Assembly (NCBI RefSeq): GCF_001194135.2
Contig: NC_068994.1
Coordinates: forward strand, 17,589,126-17,630,840
Length of the DNA stretch: 41,715 bases
From: Octopus bimaculoides
Lineage: Eukaryota
Direction: 5' to 3'
Shown: in pieces, positions 10,701 through 25,100 of the stretch
How positions within the stretch are numbered: position 1 is the first letter of the stretch
Layout: every line of letters begins with the position of its first letter
Notes under the pieces: generated by a model
Told to the model about the DNA's origin: nothing
Database searches by the model: none
The model's input: the letters and a program-made list of their open reading frames with translations, nothing else
Translations under genes and position numbers: made by a program

Positions 10701-12249
10701 TTCTACCTGTTTTATGTTCATACTAGCCAGAGCTGGCCTCTCACAACTACCCTGCAGTGTCATTCTAAAAATAAACAATAACATCTTTGAAATCTCTGCT
10801 ACAAAATAATACATGATACATTTTTTAAAATGTGAATAAATAGGTTTTATATTTGACAGTAATTTGAATGCTATAGGGTTAATATTTTCAGTGGGCGTTA
10901 GTGGTATCACTATACCACAAATTTACTCAACCCTTTAGCATTCAAATTATCCTGTCAAATGTATTGCTTATTTATGCACATTGTTTTGAATTACTCCTGC
11001 ATTATCTTTTAGCTTTGAGGTTTTAATTGCATAATTGTTTATTTTTAAAATAATATTGTAATATTGTTAAAAAGGTTAATACAAAGGGTTGATACGGTTT
11101 CCAAACCTTTCATCTTTCTTTGAGTCTTGTCTTATGTCTCTCTTCCAGCAATATTCTCCTTTATAAAACATTTCTGTATTTAATAACGAAACCACTATAT
11201 CTGTCCATATTGTATGTTTTAGTTAACATTAACTGACTTATCACCCAACCCTTCATTGCATGATATAGCCGAAAAAGTTGAATGATTCCAACCAAACATC
11301 AATATTAAATAATTGCCGGATAATCGAGAATGCTCTCTCACGGCCCTCGTGCCAGTGGCATGTAAAAGCACTCACTACACTCTCTGAGTGGTTGGCTTTA
11401 GGAAGGGCATCCAGCTGTAGAAACTCTGCCAAATCAGATTGGAGCCTGGTGCAGCCTTCTGGCTTGCCAGTCCTCAGTCAAATCGTCCAACCCATGCTAG
11501 CATGGAAAGCGGACGTTAAACAATGATGATGATGATTGTAGGTAGGTATGAAGCCTATCTGGGCCACATATGGCTGGTTTAAATACTAAAGGGTTAAGGC
11601 ATAAAAATGTATTTTTGACTGAGTTATTTGTTGACATGCTTATAGGAATAGAAAAAACTCAAACAAACCATTTTTCCTTTTTCAGTGATACCTTATCTCA
11701 GGTTCTGAATGAGGTAGTAGAGACTTCCTTACAGCATTTGGAAAGTATATGGAACGAGATTGGTTTTGCGGCTGATCAACGAAGTGAGCGATGTAACAGT
11801 GTGTTGCGGCATGTGGAAAGCCTCTTTGAAGAAATGGTGCAACAGGAAACTGATGTGAAAGATAGCCTTATTGGGAAAATAACAGATATTAAAGAAAAGT
11901 TGAAGGTTCTCAGCAAAGAATTAGCAGTTTCTGTATATGAAGTAAAGTGGATTTTTGTTATTTTTTTTCTTCTGTAACAAGATCTAACAGCTGTTACTTT
12001 TCATTATTTAAGTGAAATATGAAATAGTACAGCAGCAATGTTTTCCTGCAAACCACTTTTAGTTGCTCTGCTGAATCAGTTCACTTTATATTAAAATTTC
12101 TCTTAGAATATGGTTTTTAGAAATCTCCCCTGCTTAATGTTAAACTTGTGTGCATATATATATATATAATATAGATAGATATATACACATACACACACAT
12201 ATATATACATATATGTGTGTGTGTATGTATATATGTGTGTGTATATATA

Positions 12250-12304
<55 letters not shown>

Positions 12305-14544
12305 GGTGTAGGTGTAAATGTATACACAACACATACTCTAGTATTAAATTCTTTTCTACTCTAGGCACAAGGCCCAAAATTTTGGGGGAGGGGAGCCAGT
12401 CAATTAGATCAACCCCAGTACACAACTGGTACTTAATTTATTGACCCTGAAAGGACGAAAGGCAAAGTTGACCTTGGCGAAATTTGAACTCAGAACTTAA
12501 AGACAGACGAAATGCCACGAAGCATTTCGCCCTGCGTGCTGACATTTCTGCCAGTATTAAATTGCTGGGGTAATGACCGCAGCAATGTAAACACTATATT
12601 GTGCTTTTGGTCAATGCATACAGCTTTATTCAACAAACAGCCAGTTCCAGACTATTACAATTATCTCAATCATCTTAGAAAAAGTGATAAAACTCAAATT
12701 TAGGGTTGACATTATACATAAAAAAATTCTTTTGCCAAAAACAAGCAAAAAATACATTTTGTACTTTGACAGAAGAAATCAATATCTCTCAATTCATTTT
12801 ATTTTTTGTCTGGAAGGTAGAAAAAACGGGTGAGGCAGTAAAGAACCAACTTGGATGTTTTCAAATTCTTCACTGATCAATTTAAATCTTGTCAAGTTAA
12901 ATTGACATTTCCTATTGGGTTGGTGAGAACAGTTATCACTAACATACTAGTTTCAAATATATCACCTGTTTCTTCATTTTAAAAAAATGGATCAATTGAC
13001 ATAATTTTCGCTCTTGGGTTTTTTTTTGTTTTCTGTTATCTGCCACATATTCTAAATGTTTTCATAATTCATTGTTTAGAGCTCTATTCTCTCAAGATTA
13101 ACTTTTTCTCTTACCTCTGGAGGTCTGACCATCTATATATCCTCACCTTATGTATGATAAAAATTTGTCCTTCAGTGATAAGATTCTTATAGAACTCAGA
13201 TGGTTTTTTTTTTTTTTTTGCATAGGGTAATGTTTCATATGTATTTGCAGTTAACCTTACATTAAATGTATTTCATTTATACATATATATGCTAGAGTTT
13301 TTATGTGATTTATTTATTTTTTTTCCAGCCTGATAGCAAGCAGACAATGTTGCAATGTCGCAAAGATCTACTCCATCATCTTGAGACATTGACAAAGCAA
13401 AAACACACACGTATGGTGGCTCTAAAAAACTTAATAGATCAAGAGAAGATCTTGTGTGATCGCACAAAAATACTTCCTTTCCATATATCACATAGCACTG
13501 TTCCTTCAGACAACGATCTATCTGAATATGAGAAACATATTGAAGAGCTGACTATTGAGCAGGTTTGTTCTTCTTTAGTATAACAAGGAATCTGAGCACT
13601 ATACACAATAATTTCATTTTGTTTTATTATCTATCTATCTATATATATATATATATATATATATAATGTGGAGGCGCAATGGCCCAGTGGTTAGGGCAGC
13701 GGACTCGCGGTTTCGATTCCCAGACCGAGCGTTGTGAGTGTTTATTGAGCAAAAACACCTAAAGTTCCACGAGACCCTGGCAGGGGATGGTGGTGAACCT
13801 TGTTGTACCTGTAATTCAAAGGGCCAGCCTTGTCACACTGTGTCACGCTGAATATCCCTGAGAACTACGTTAAGGGTACACATGTCTGTGGAGTGCTCAG
13901 CCACTTGCACGTTAATTTCATGAGCAGGCTGTTCCGTTGATCGGATCAACTGGAACCCTCGACGTTGTAAGCGACGGAATGCCAACATATATATATATAA
14001 CTTAAGCTGGCCACATCTAGCTTCTCACACCTTCCCTACAATATCATTCTAAAAATTAACAAGTACCTCATCAAAATCTCAGCTACAAAATAGAAATTAC
14101 TATTGCAAAATGATGTGAATGTTAAAGGATAATGTTCATCTTTCCATGCTTGTGTGGATTGGATGGAGTTTGAGACAGACTTTTTACAGACAGATGTCCT
14201 TCCTGTTGCCAACCGTCACACATTTCCAAGCCAGACGTATTCTCACAGAATGTTGGAAATGCATGACACTTCTTGTAACAGTCATAACTATCACACAGTC
14301 AAGACAAAAGTCACATACAGACACACGCACGCGCGCGAAACACACATACACACGTACACAAACAAAAACACAGACAAACACAAAATCACACACACAATGG
14401 GCTTCTTTCTGTTTCTGTCTACCAGATCCGCCCATGAGACTTTAGTTGACCTGGGGTTATAATAGAAGACACTTGCCCAAGGTGCCATGCAGAACCATGT
14501 AGTTAGGAAGCAAACTTCTTACCACTCGGCCATGTCTGCGCATC

Positions 14545-14617
<73 letters not shown>

Positions 14618-17600
14618 ATTTCTACATCTGCTTTTCCTTGCTTGTATTGTGGGTTAAGCAAGCTTTTTCAAGCACAGCATCATACCATTTTCTATAACAA
14701 TGATTCTGTGTGCAATACAGAGAAAGCTTCTACTTCTACTGCCTGTTATGCAACCAACTCCACATAACACACACTTAACATCTCTCTATTTCTTTCCCTT
14801 TCTGATCCACCACATTGCATACACGTGTCACGAAGTACTTTCAATCAATTTTGAACCAACTCGGCCACCAGTCCTGACAGTGTCCTTTCTATCGCCCTCA
14901 AACATTGTATCCATAGAGTTAACTCTGGGGCACAATTAGAAACTCCTCAGTTTGTCCCTCTCTGCCAAAATTTACGTTGGTTTTGAAAGATACTTCTTGT
15001 AACACTCATCACTATCACAGTCAACACAAAAAGTCGCATACAAATACACACAAACGCACACTCACAAACAAAAACACACAAATGCCTCTATAGTGTCTCC
15101 CTTCCTCAAAATGCATCCTCCCTGACTCTGCCATCTATTGCCCTGTTACACCTTTAATTTAATGACAGCCATTAAATTTAGAGATATTAGATACCAGGTT
15201 GTTGGAAGATATCATTAATGATGTGTGCCCTCCCCCCACTCAATACCTTGGATCTCTCTCTCTCTTTGGTGACAACCAGTACAGTTTCGTCAACTACTCA
15301 TTTGTCACTCATCAGTGGGCTATTGCCTTGGTGAAAGCAATGTTGACACCCTCAGAATTGAAGCTTTCAACTGTGTTTGGCATGTAAATCTCTTACTGAA
15401 ACTCCCTGTCCATAAGCTCCACCCATCTTTTATATCTTGGATCAGTAACTTTCAACTGGATTGCCCTATTGTTGCATGTGTTTTATGCCTTTTAAGTATT
15501 TTTTTACTACAGCATTTCCTGACTAGCAGTACTTAGAATAAGGTGCTCTATTTTTTGTCAGAAATGCTTATAGGACATAGAAAATTACCCAGAATAGTTT
15601 GTGGTGTTCTTTGCTTGTAAGAAGTTTGGCTGATGCTCTTCTCTGTCATACCATTTGCATACAACACACATCTATGCCTCTGCTCTAGCACCTCTATAAT
15701 CTCACCAGTTATTTCATTGTAGCAATACTGATAGGTAAAGCACAGAATTTCTGGTGTTGGATGGATTAGTGCTTGAAGATGGTTCTCTGCACCTGAAAGG
15801 AAGTGAGCTGACATTTGAGCATTGTCAAGGAGGTTTTCTCTCATGGTCATAAGTTCCCACTTAACCACCCCACTAACATGTGCAACACTAAACTAGCTTA
15901 AGTACTCAGCTATGGGCTGTAACATTACTGTCACTTACCTTGTTAAAGGACTATCAACCAGATTTGCACCTTTTAAAGATGATTAGGATATGATCTCAAA
16001 AACAAGTGAAGGCTATTGACACAAAAGGCATCTTACTGTAAAATAATACTTTAATAATATATTCATCTAACCCATGCTAGCATGAAAAATATAGATGTGC
16101 ATTTTTTTTTTTTTCCTGTTCTAGGGATAAATTACTTCTAGGTTAAAATATCAGATATTTTTCAAGTCAAGGATTTAGAAACTCTCAAAGAATAAGAAAT
16201 AATTTATTTTTAGTGGTCGAACATGAAGCAGGTAAAGCTATAAATGATAGTGTATAAATATTAAGTCAAAACTTTGGGTAGAAAAGGTTGAAAGCATCTT
16301 TCAACTTTTCCTATCCAAAGTTTTTTTTTTTTACCTAATATTTATATACTATCATTTATAGCTTTATCTGCTTCAAGTTCAACCACTGAAAGTGAATTAT
16401 ATTGCATTTCTTTTTTGTAGAATCATTAAAATAAGTACTTATTATATACTAGTGTATTTGTTACTCGTATTTATTTTCCCTCGCCTGTAAAAATTGTGAT
16501 GCTTCATCAAAAGTGACTTTTATTTAATTTAAACTTTATTTTATTTCTAGAATAAACGTTTTGCAACATTTACTATTATCAGAGAACAAATTCAAGAAGT
16601 CTTTAAACAGATAGATGATAGTCCATCCACTGTTTTCGAGAGACAGGCTTTGGCTGATGATGAAAATGATTTCATCCTATCTTCTGAAAATATGACTGCT
16701 TTGAATAATCTACAAATAGAGGTAGGTTAATTAGTCTGTGTGTGTGTGTGTGTGTGTGTGTTGCTTTTTTGCTTTGTTTCAGTTCTGGTTCTAGCATGGG
16801 GAATTTATTCCGAGTTAAGTATTATCAACATGTCTGAAAGACAAAATTAGTAGGCTATTAAGCAACCAGCTGACACAGTAATGACTTATATTGTTTCTTT
16901 ACAACTCTGTTGTGCTTGTTTGTAGTTATAATACTTAGCTCTAATTGACCACCATTGAAAGGAACAATATATGGTTGCAACCAATGGTAGCACTGTAAAA
17001 TGGTCACATGATTTATTAGCTTGCAGTACTGATCTCTCTTAAGTAAAAGTAGTTGTGATAGTAGCTGTGTATCCTCCTGTCCAGAAACAAATTTCTCATC
17101 TTCTCAGTACCTGCAAATTAGAATAAATCACAGACTATCATGAAGGGGAATTAATAGGGATTAAAAATAAAAGCATTTGAAATATATTTTTATATTTAAC
17201 CAGTAGAAAAATATATTTTGTCTTTACTCTGAGTCCTGCTTTCAGTTAAGTGATGGCTTAGAAGGAATTATATCAATGGTAAAAATATGGCACTATTAAA
17301 TAAAAGATCCTGTTTATTGGCTTGTTCATTTTAAGTTTCAAATGGTCAAATTGTTGAATGTTGATATACTCACCAAACATTCAATAGTTCATGTGTCCAG
17401 TTACCATGCTTTTTTTCTGCTTAGCCAAGGTCGTCATCATCATTTTACATCCATTTTCCATAATGGCATGGTGGAATCTGGTGAGCCCCAGGACTGCATC
17501 GAGCATCAATGTCACCTTTGACATGGTTTCTTTGGTTGAATACTTTTCCTAGTGCCAACCACTTTACAAAGTATATTGGGTGCTTTTATGCAACACTGGC

Positions 17601-20600
17601 CCAGGTGCTTTTACATGGCACCAGCACCCATGAGCCCTCAAGGTTAGGACTGCTCAGCTGAAGAGCAATGTAGGGAGACATGCCTGTATGCAAAAACAAC
17701 CACGATTTTACTTAGCTTGGTGTGTCTTCTCAAGTACAGCAGACCACCAGAAGTCTCGGTCCTTTATCATCCCCTCTGTGAGACCCAATGCCTGGAGATC
17801 TTTTCTCACCACTTCATCCCACGTCTTCCTGGGATGAAAGTTGAGAAAGGATCTTCACATGTGCTTCATGCCAGTTTCTATGAATTTATTGCAGTGCTTC
17901 CAAATCTAATAGGAAAGATATGCTCAAAGCAGAGACTTGGCCTATACATTTGCAATAGAATAGACTCTGCTAAAGGCATCCAAGAGCCAGGCAATGGATT
18001 AACCCATTTGTTACCATATTTCTGTTAAAATACACTGCTTTTGTTTCAGTTAATTTTGAGCATGGCCATTGCCAGCACTGCCTGAATGGCCCTTGTGCCA
18101 GTGGCACGTAAAAGCATCTACTACACTCTCGAAGTGGTTGGCGTTAGGAAGGGCATCCAGCTGTAGAAACTCTGCCAAATCAGATTGGAGCCTGGTGTAG
18201 CCATCTGGTTCGCCAGTCCTCAGTCAAATCGTCCAACCCATGCTAGCATGGAAAGCGGACGTTGAACGATGATGATGATCATGGTATTTGAAATGTAAAT
18301 TAAAATGAAATTTTGATAGAAAGTTTTTAATTTAGATTAATTTAAACAAGAAATTTGTATCCTAGAACCAGAGGCAGTCTTAGATGGGCTGGTAACAAAA
18401 TGTCGAGCCTTTCGGCCATGGTGGGACTGGAAATGCAGATCGGGAACAGATGTCACAAAGCACTCTCTGATGCTCTGTTTCTGCCATACTTTACTCGTGC
18501 TATTTTGACCCGAGAAGTGAAAGGTGAAGCTGACCTTGGTGGGATTTAAACTCAGAACACAAGATAGAATAAATATTAAACATTTTGGCACTGGACCAGC
18601 AATTCCAGAGGAGGGGTTAAGTCAAATACATCAACCCTAATACTCAACTGGTACTTATTTTATCAATTCCAAAAGGATGAAAGGCAAAGTCTACCTCAGT
18701 GGAATTTGAACTCTGAACATAAAGACAGACGAAATGCTGCTAATCATTTTGCCCAACATGCTAATGATTCTACCTTATAAGATGGAATAAATATCGCAAG
18801 GCAATATTTTGTCTAGTTGTAAATAGATAGCAAACTGGTTTATTTACTGCTCTAACCAGTGAAGGAAAGTTATTTAACCCAGGTCAAGTCTTATCAAACC
18901 ATTCAAATTTTTCCAGCCATAATCACTGCAGTATATTCTCCTCGTGAATCATGACGTTGTAGCTGTTGGTTTCATTTTAATGACTTATCATTATACAGTG
19001 TTTAAATTTATTTTTGTATTTTCTCTGCAAATTTCAGGTCATTGAGCGCAAAGCTAAAGCAGAAGAGAAACTACTTGCAATGAAGAATCGTTTAAATGTT
19101 CTTTGGCAACGTCTGGAAACACCTGCGGAAACTCGTGAAGAATTTTGGGAAAAACATGAGTCTTTGAAACAAGAAAATCTTAAAACTGTAAGTATTACAT
19201 AGATAGAGGTGTGACTGTGTGATAAGAAGCTTGTTTCCCAACCACATGGCTGTGAGTTCAGTTCCACTGCATGGCACCTTGAGCAGGCATCCTCTACCAT
19301 AGTCTCAGGTTGACCAATGCCTTGATTGTGAATTTCATAGACAGAAACTGAAAGAAACCTGTTGTATATATAACTGTTTGTGTAAGTCTGTGTGTCTTAG
19401 TGTCTGTTTTTGTCACCAACTACTGTTTGTTCACTGGTGTTTGTGTGTTTACATCCCTGTAACTTAGCCGTTCAACAAGAGACCGATAGAATAAGTGCCA
19501 AGCTTCAAAAAAAAGTACTGGGGTCAATTCATTCAACTAAAAATTCTTTGAGACAGTGCCCCAGCATGACCGCAAGTAAAAGATAAAAGCTTTTTTTTAT
19601 TATATTTTTAACTGTTCTTACTTTATTGTTATTCTTAGTCACCCTCTCATTCCTTTCTTTTTGAAAAGAATATATTTTAGTGTTCGTAAATCTGTTAAAC
19701 TGAAAACTATAGATTTAAAAGGTTCCTGACTTAGAGATTGAAGAAAATCACAATGGCAGTTATCTTTCCACCTTGAAGGCAACGCTGTTGATAGACTGAA
19801 TAATTTGCAAAAATATATACTCGTGAGATCACTCAAATTAAAGATCATACTTTTGAGTAATATGAAATCCAGGTTGCCAGATTAGATTGATCCAGTTTCT
19901 TCTGGCTCCATAATCTATTGATACTTTCATTTAATTGATGAAAGAAAGAGGAGAGGGGAGCAAATACTTTAATTATGTCTATTAAGGTACAGCCATGGCT
20001 GTGTGGCCAAGTGTTTTCTGCTACAGAAACCGAAAGAAGCCTGTCATGTATGTTTGTGTCTCCTTGTCATGATATTGTGTGATAGTTGTAAATGAGTGTC
20101 ACAGTCATACAAGAACTATCATTCATTTCCAATATTTTGTGAGAGCATGTGTGGCCATGGGGAAGTTTTACCTTGCTTGCAAGTAGATAAAGTTTGGTGA
20201 CAGGATCTGGCCATAGAGAAATCTGCCTCAAATTTCTAAATCTTGGCTGATATTTAAGACTCCAACAGAGTGAAATGCTTGGTTTCTCATTGATGTTTTC
20301 ATTAATAAAAATAACCGAAGGGATAATTGTTCTTATTTGACATTTTGTTTCGGAGCTGAGTCAGCCATGGGTCCTAAACACAGTTGTTGGCACTCCGTCG
20401 CTTACAATGTCGAGGGTTCCAGTTGATCCGATCAACGGAACAGCCTGCTTGTGGAATTAACGTGCAAGTGGCTGAGCACTCCACAGACACGTGTACCTTT
20501 AATGTAGTTCTTGGGGATATTCAGCGTGACACAGTGTGACAAGGCTGGCCCTTTGAATTACAGGCACATTGTTGTTGGCACAGTATACATTCAAAAATGC

Positions 20601-21098
20601 ACAATTGCATTCAAGTTTCTACAAAAGTTTTAAGTTACAGTGCATTCTTTAATGTGTTTGGGGCAGCACTGGACCGATATGGTGTTTTTACACCTTTTTA
20701 CGATAAGAGAGAAGTTTTTCTCCACNNNNNNNNNNNNNNNNNNNNNNNNNNNNNNNNNNNNNNNNNNNNNNNNNNNNNNNNNNNNNNNNNNNNNNNNNNN
20801 NNNNNNNNNNNNNNNNNNNNNNNNNNNNNNNNNNNNNNNNNNNNNNNNNNNNNNNNNNNNNNNNNNNNNNNNNNNNNNNNNNNNNNNNNNNNNNNNNNNN
20901 NNNNNNNNNNNNNNNNNNNNNNNNNNNNNNNNNNNNNNNNNNNNNNNNNNNNNNNNNNNNNNNNNNNNNNNNNNNNNNNNNNNNNNNNNNNNNNNNNNNN
21001 NNNNNNNNNNNNNNNNNNNNNNNNNNNNNNNNNNNNNNNNNNNNNNNNNNNNNNNNNNNNNNNNNNNNNNNNNNNNNNNNNNNNNNNNNNNNNNNNNN

Positions 21099-21141
<43 letters not shown>

Positions 21142-22084
21142 TATACATGGCAGGTCAAGTGACCTCATAGTGTTTTTTTTCATTAACACCGTCTTATTGT
21201 TGGTGGCAGTGGTTTGTAGAAACAATTATGTCTTTATTTAACTCTGGCATGTAAACTAATAAAATTGATTTTATTTTTGTATTTGCAGGTGAGTGAAGAA
21301 ATCCTTCGTTTGGAGGCTCTGAAGCACACTCAGATGGAAAAGGTTGTGACGAGCATGAAGCGAGAGTTAGAGCGTTGGTGGAAAGTTTGCTTCACTCCAA
21401 ACGAATTGAGGGATAAATGTTCTGCTTACAAAACTGAAGGTATTTCAATAATTCACACCCTATTTGGCTTCATCCTTGATGTTACTCTCATCAGGAATGT
21501 TCCTTTGGTGCTTAATCTTCATCTGCCTAGTGTGCTAATGAAGGCTTTCATAAGGTCATCTATACTCGTGCATTCTCATGCTGGGTTGTTGTTGTCTGTT
21601 AAGAACTGTCTTAAACCAGTCATATCCAGTCCATATCTTCAGTTTTGTATTTAAACCAGCTAGATTCACTCTCATACAATAACCTAACAATGTGATTCAA
21701 GAAATATACAATCACATCATTGAAATCTCAAAGCTACAAGATAATGCAGGATTAATACAAAACAGTGAAGAAACAAGCATTGCATTTGACAGAATAATCT
21801 GAATGCGTTAATTTTAAAGTGGCACTGTTATTGTTTATATGAAATACTGTCTGGTCTATTGGTCTCTTTGGTTAACATTGCCAACTGCAACTCACTTTTA
21901 AGTAAATCTTCATAATAATTAGGCGCGGGAGTGGCTGTGTGGTAAGTAGCTTGCTTACCAACCACATGGTTCTGGGTTCAGTCCCACTGCGTAGCGCCTT
22001 GGGCAAGTGTCTTTTACTATAGCCTCAAGCCGACCAAAGCCTTGGGAGTGGATTTGGTAGACGGAAATTGAAAGAAGCCCGTCG

Positions 22085-22125
<41 letters not shown>

Positions 22126-25100
22126 ATATGTTTGCATATCTGTGTTTGTCCCCCCCAACATCGCTTGACAACTGATGCTGGTGTGTTTATGTCCCCGTAA
22201 CTTAGCGGTTCGGTAAAAGAGACTGATAGAATAAGTACTAGGCTTCCAAAGAATAAGTCCTGGGGTTGATTTGCCTGACTAAAGGTGGTGCTCCAGCATG
22301 GCTGCAGTCAAATGACTGAAACAAGTAAAAGAGAGTAAAGAGTAATCATCATCACTTGGTGTCCATTTTCCATGCTAGCATGTGTTATATGGTTTGACTG
22401 GAATTGGTAAGCCAGAGATCTGCACAAGGCTCCAATCTGTTTTGGCTTGGTTTCTATGGTTGAATGCCCTTACTAAAGCCAACCACCCCAGAGTGGTGTA
22501 GTGCCATTTACATGTCACTGGCACTGGCCCAACTATGATTTTACTTGGCTTGATATGTTCTTCTCAAGCACAGCAAATCACCAAAGGTTTCAGTCACTTG
22601 TCATTGCCTCTGTGAGAGTCAGCATCCATCTAAAGGTCATACTTCACCACCTCGTCCCATACCTTCTTGGGTCTATGTAGAAAGTTTGGCTGTTTCTTTT
22701 CATCTGTAATTCACTTTAACCCTTTGGTATTTAAACTGCCTATATCAGGTCCAAATATTCTACCATTTTTATGTTCAAATTGGTCAGATCCAGCCACTCA
22801 CACATATCCTACAATGTTGTTCAAAAATAGTCACAACATTGAGATCTCAAGGCTGAGTTAATTCACAATTAATTCAAGACTATCTGAATGAATAAACATT
22901 ACATTTGACAATAAATCTGAATGGTAAAGGGTTAAATAACCCCTGTGTGTTTGAAATGTTCCTTCGCTATAACTTTTTTTTTTTTTTTTAATACAAGGTG
23001 TTTTCACCGATGAAATTGCTGATGCTCTAGAAGCGGAAATTAACAACCTTCAAGCTTTTTATGAGCGACACAAGAACCTTTACAGTCAAGTAAAGCAATG
23101 GGAAGAAATACTGGAGGAGTATACTGTTCTCGAGGTGAGGAAACAAAGTTTATCAGTTTCAATGTTGTTATGTGTATTCTGGGTTTAGAATAAGTACACT
23201 GTTTCATATGGGGCAGCTAAGATGGTTGATGATGAAACAGGCATCTGACTGAATCAGTAAAAGCATCCAGTCTCTGCCAGTTTAGAAAAGTGAACATAAA
23301 ATGTTGACTGAATGCTAAACTATAAAGTGAGTAGTATAGATTTAAAGTCAGCGTCTACTGATCATCATTCCCTCTAAGATGTGCATAAAAGGTTAGCTGC
23401 ATTGGATATTGGTTTTAAATTTTGGCACAAGGCCAGCAACATTGAGGGTTGGGGTAAATCGATTACATTGACCCCAGTGCTCAGCTGATACTTATTTTAT
23501 TGAGCCGCTGAAAGGATGAAAGGCAAAATCAACTTCAGTGATTCTGCCAGCTCGCTGCTTGGTTGCATAAAATATTAGTAATTATAATTATTGTGCAGTA
23601 AATGTATGCATACTTATGTCACGTGAAAAAACTTGTATTAGATTTTTGCATACACTGATTTATTTGGAGGGAATGAAGGTGCTGGGTCAAATCTGCTATG
23701 GAGACAGTCTCAGTCCCACCCATGACGTTTTGCAACTTCTCTTTCTCTACCTCTATACACTTAAAGACAACTTCTAGGCCAAGTTGCTTCAGATCATTAC
23801 CTTCTCTCCTTCATTCAGTAGCCAAAGCCCGACATTTCAGAAACATACAAATGACACATGGACTTTGCAAAGCTGCCTCAAAAGGCTATAACTCTCAGAC
23901 AGTAGTAACTCTGAATAAGAATTGATTTACAGGGTAACAAGGACTTTGTAGTACTCCTTGCATGGGGCAATGTCTTGAGGACTTATAGCAAAGTAAAATG
24001 CACTCAGTATACTCTGTAAAGTGGTTGTTAGTAAGAAGGGCATCATGCTATAGAAACTACACCAAAAGTGATGTATTTTCTACAAAATGAAAAAAGAACT
24101 TGCAAAAAATATAATGTACTGGTGGGGTGTGACACACCTTAGTGCCAGCAACATAGTAGGAGCACCTAAAACATGCAACACCAAAGTCGGCTGGTTTTCT
24201 TTGTTGCTGTGTGTTCAAGATGATGCAGATTATAAGGATCCATCTAACCCATGTCAGCATAGAAAAAATAGACATAAAATTATATTTGTACTATCACATA
24301 CTACTAACCAATTATTTTACATTAATTTTCTCAAAGTCCTATTCCTTATGTTGTAAGTATAATTTCTAAAATACTTCTTTTTCTTTTCAATAAATTTGTC
24401 ATATAAGTGGTATTTAATTTGAATTTTGTTTCCTTTCCAGAAAAAGGCAACTGATCCTAATCGTTTTAACAATCGGGGTGGAGCTTTACTTCAAGAGGAA
24501 AAAGCTCGCAAAAGAATTATCAAAGAGTTGCCAAAGGTTAGCATTTTTTAATATTTATATTTATATATTAGGTTGGTGCATAATTATTGCAGCTTTTTTT
24601 GCAATTAATTTAATTCAACAAAAACATATTTAAATGATTATTCTGGAGCATATTCACCATCTACTTCAATTACTGCTGCCCATTTTGCCTGGCAGCCAGT
24701 CGGAATAATCATTTAAAGATGTTTTTGTTCAATGTTGTTATTGTTTTTGTTGAATAACATTTCCCAACTATTTTGTATCGAGCACACTACACATTTTCTG
24801 TTTTTCTCAATCATTGATATTACTATTTATTATTTAACCCTTTTGTATTCAGATTACTCTGTCAAATGTAATGCTTGTGTAGTCAAACTGTTTCGAATTA
24901 GTCATGTATTATCTTGTAACTTTGGGATTTTGATGATGTGATTATTAATTTTTTTAAATGACAATATAGGGTAGATGTGAGAGGTAGGATTTGGTTGGTT
25001 TGAAAAGAAAACTGGTGGAATATTTTGGCCAGATATGGCCAGTTTAAATGCTAAAGGGTTAACTCTAGGTGAGGTCTGCTTTTGGCAGGTTATCTTTGGC

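Noticed and set aside
11570-11685. ORF-track start [12 protein letters not shown]... as the PRC1 N-terminus
   Set aside because: It begins inside a piggyBac-type MITE end and runs through a polypyrimidine tract and AG acceptor. The 1776 micro-exon explains the phase.
12103-12444. Multiple YI/CV-rich ORFs (also 14119-14767, 20597-21241, 28066-28767, 35144-35699)
   Set aside because: Translations of dinucleotide microsatellites, SINE bodies or N-gaps.
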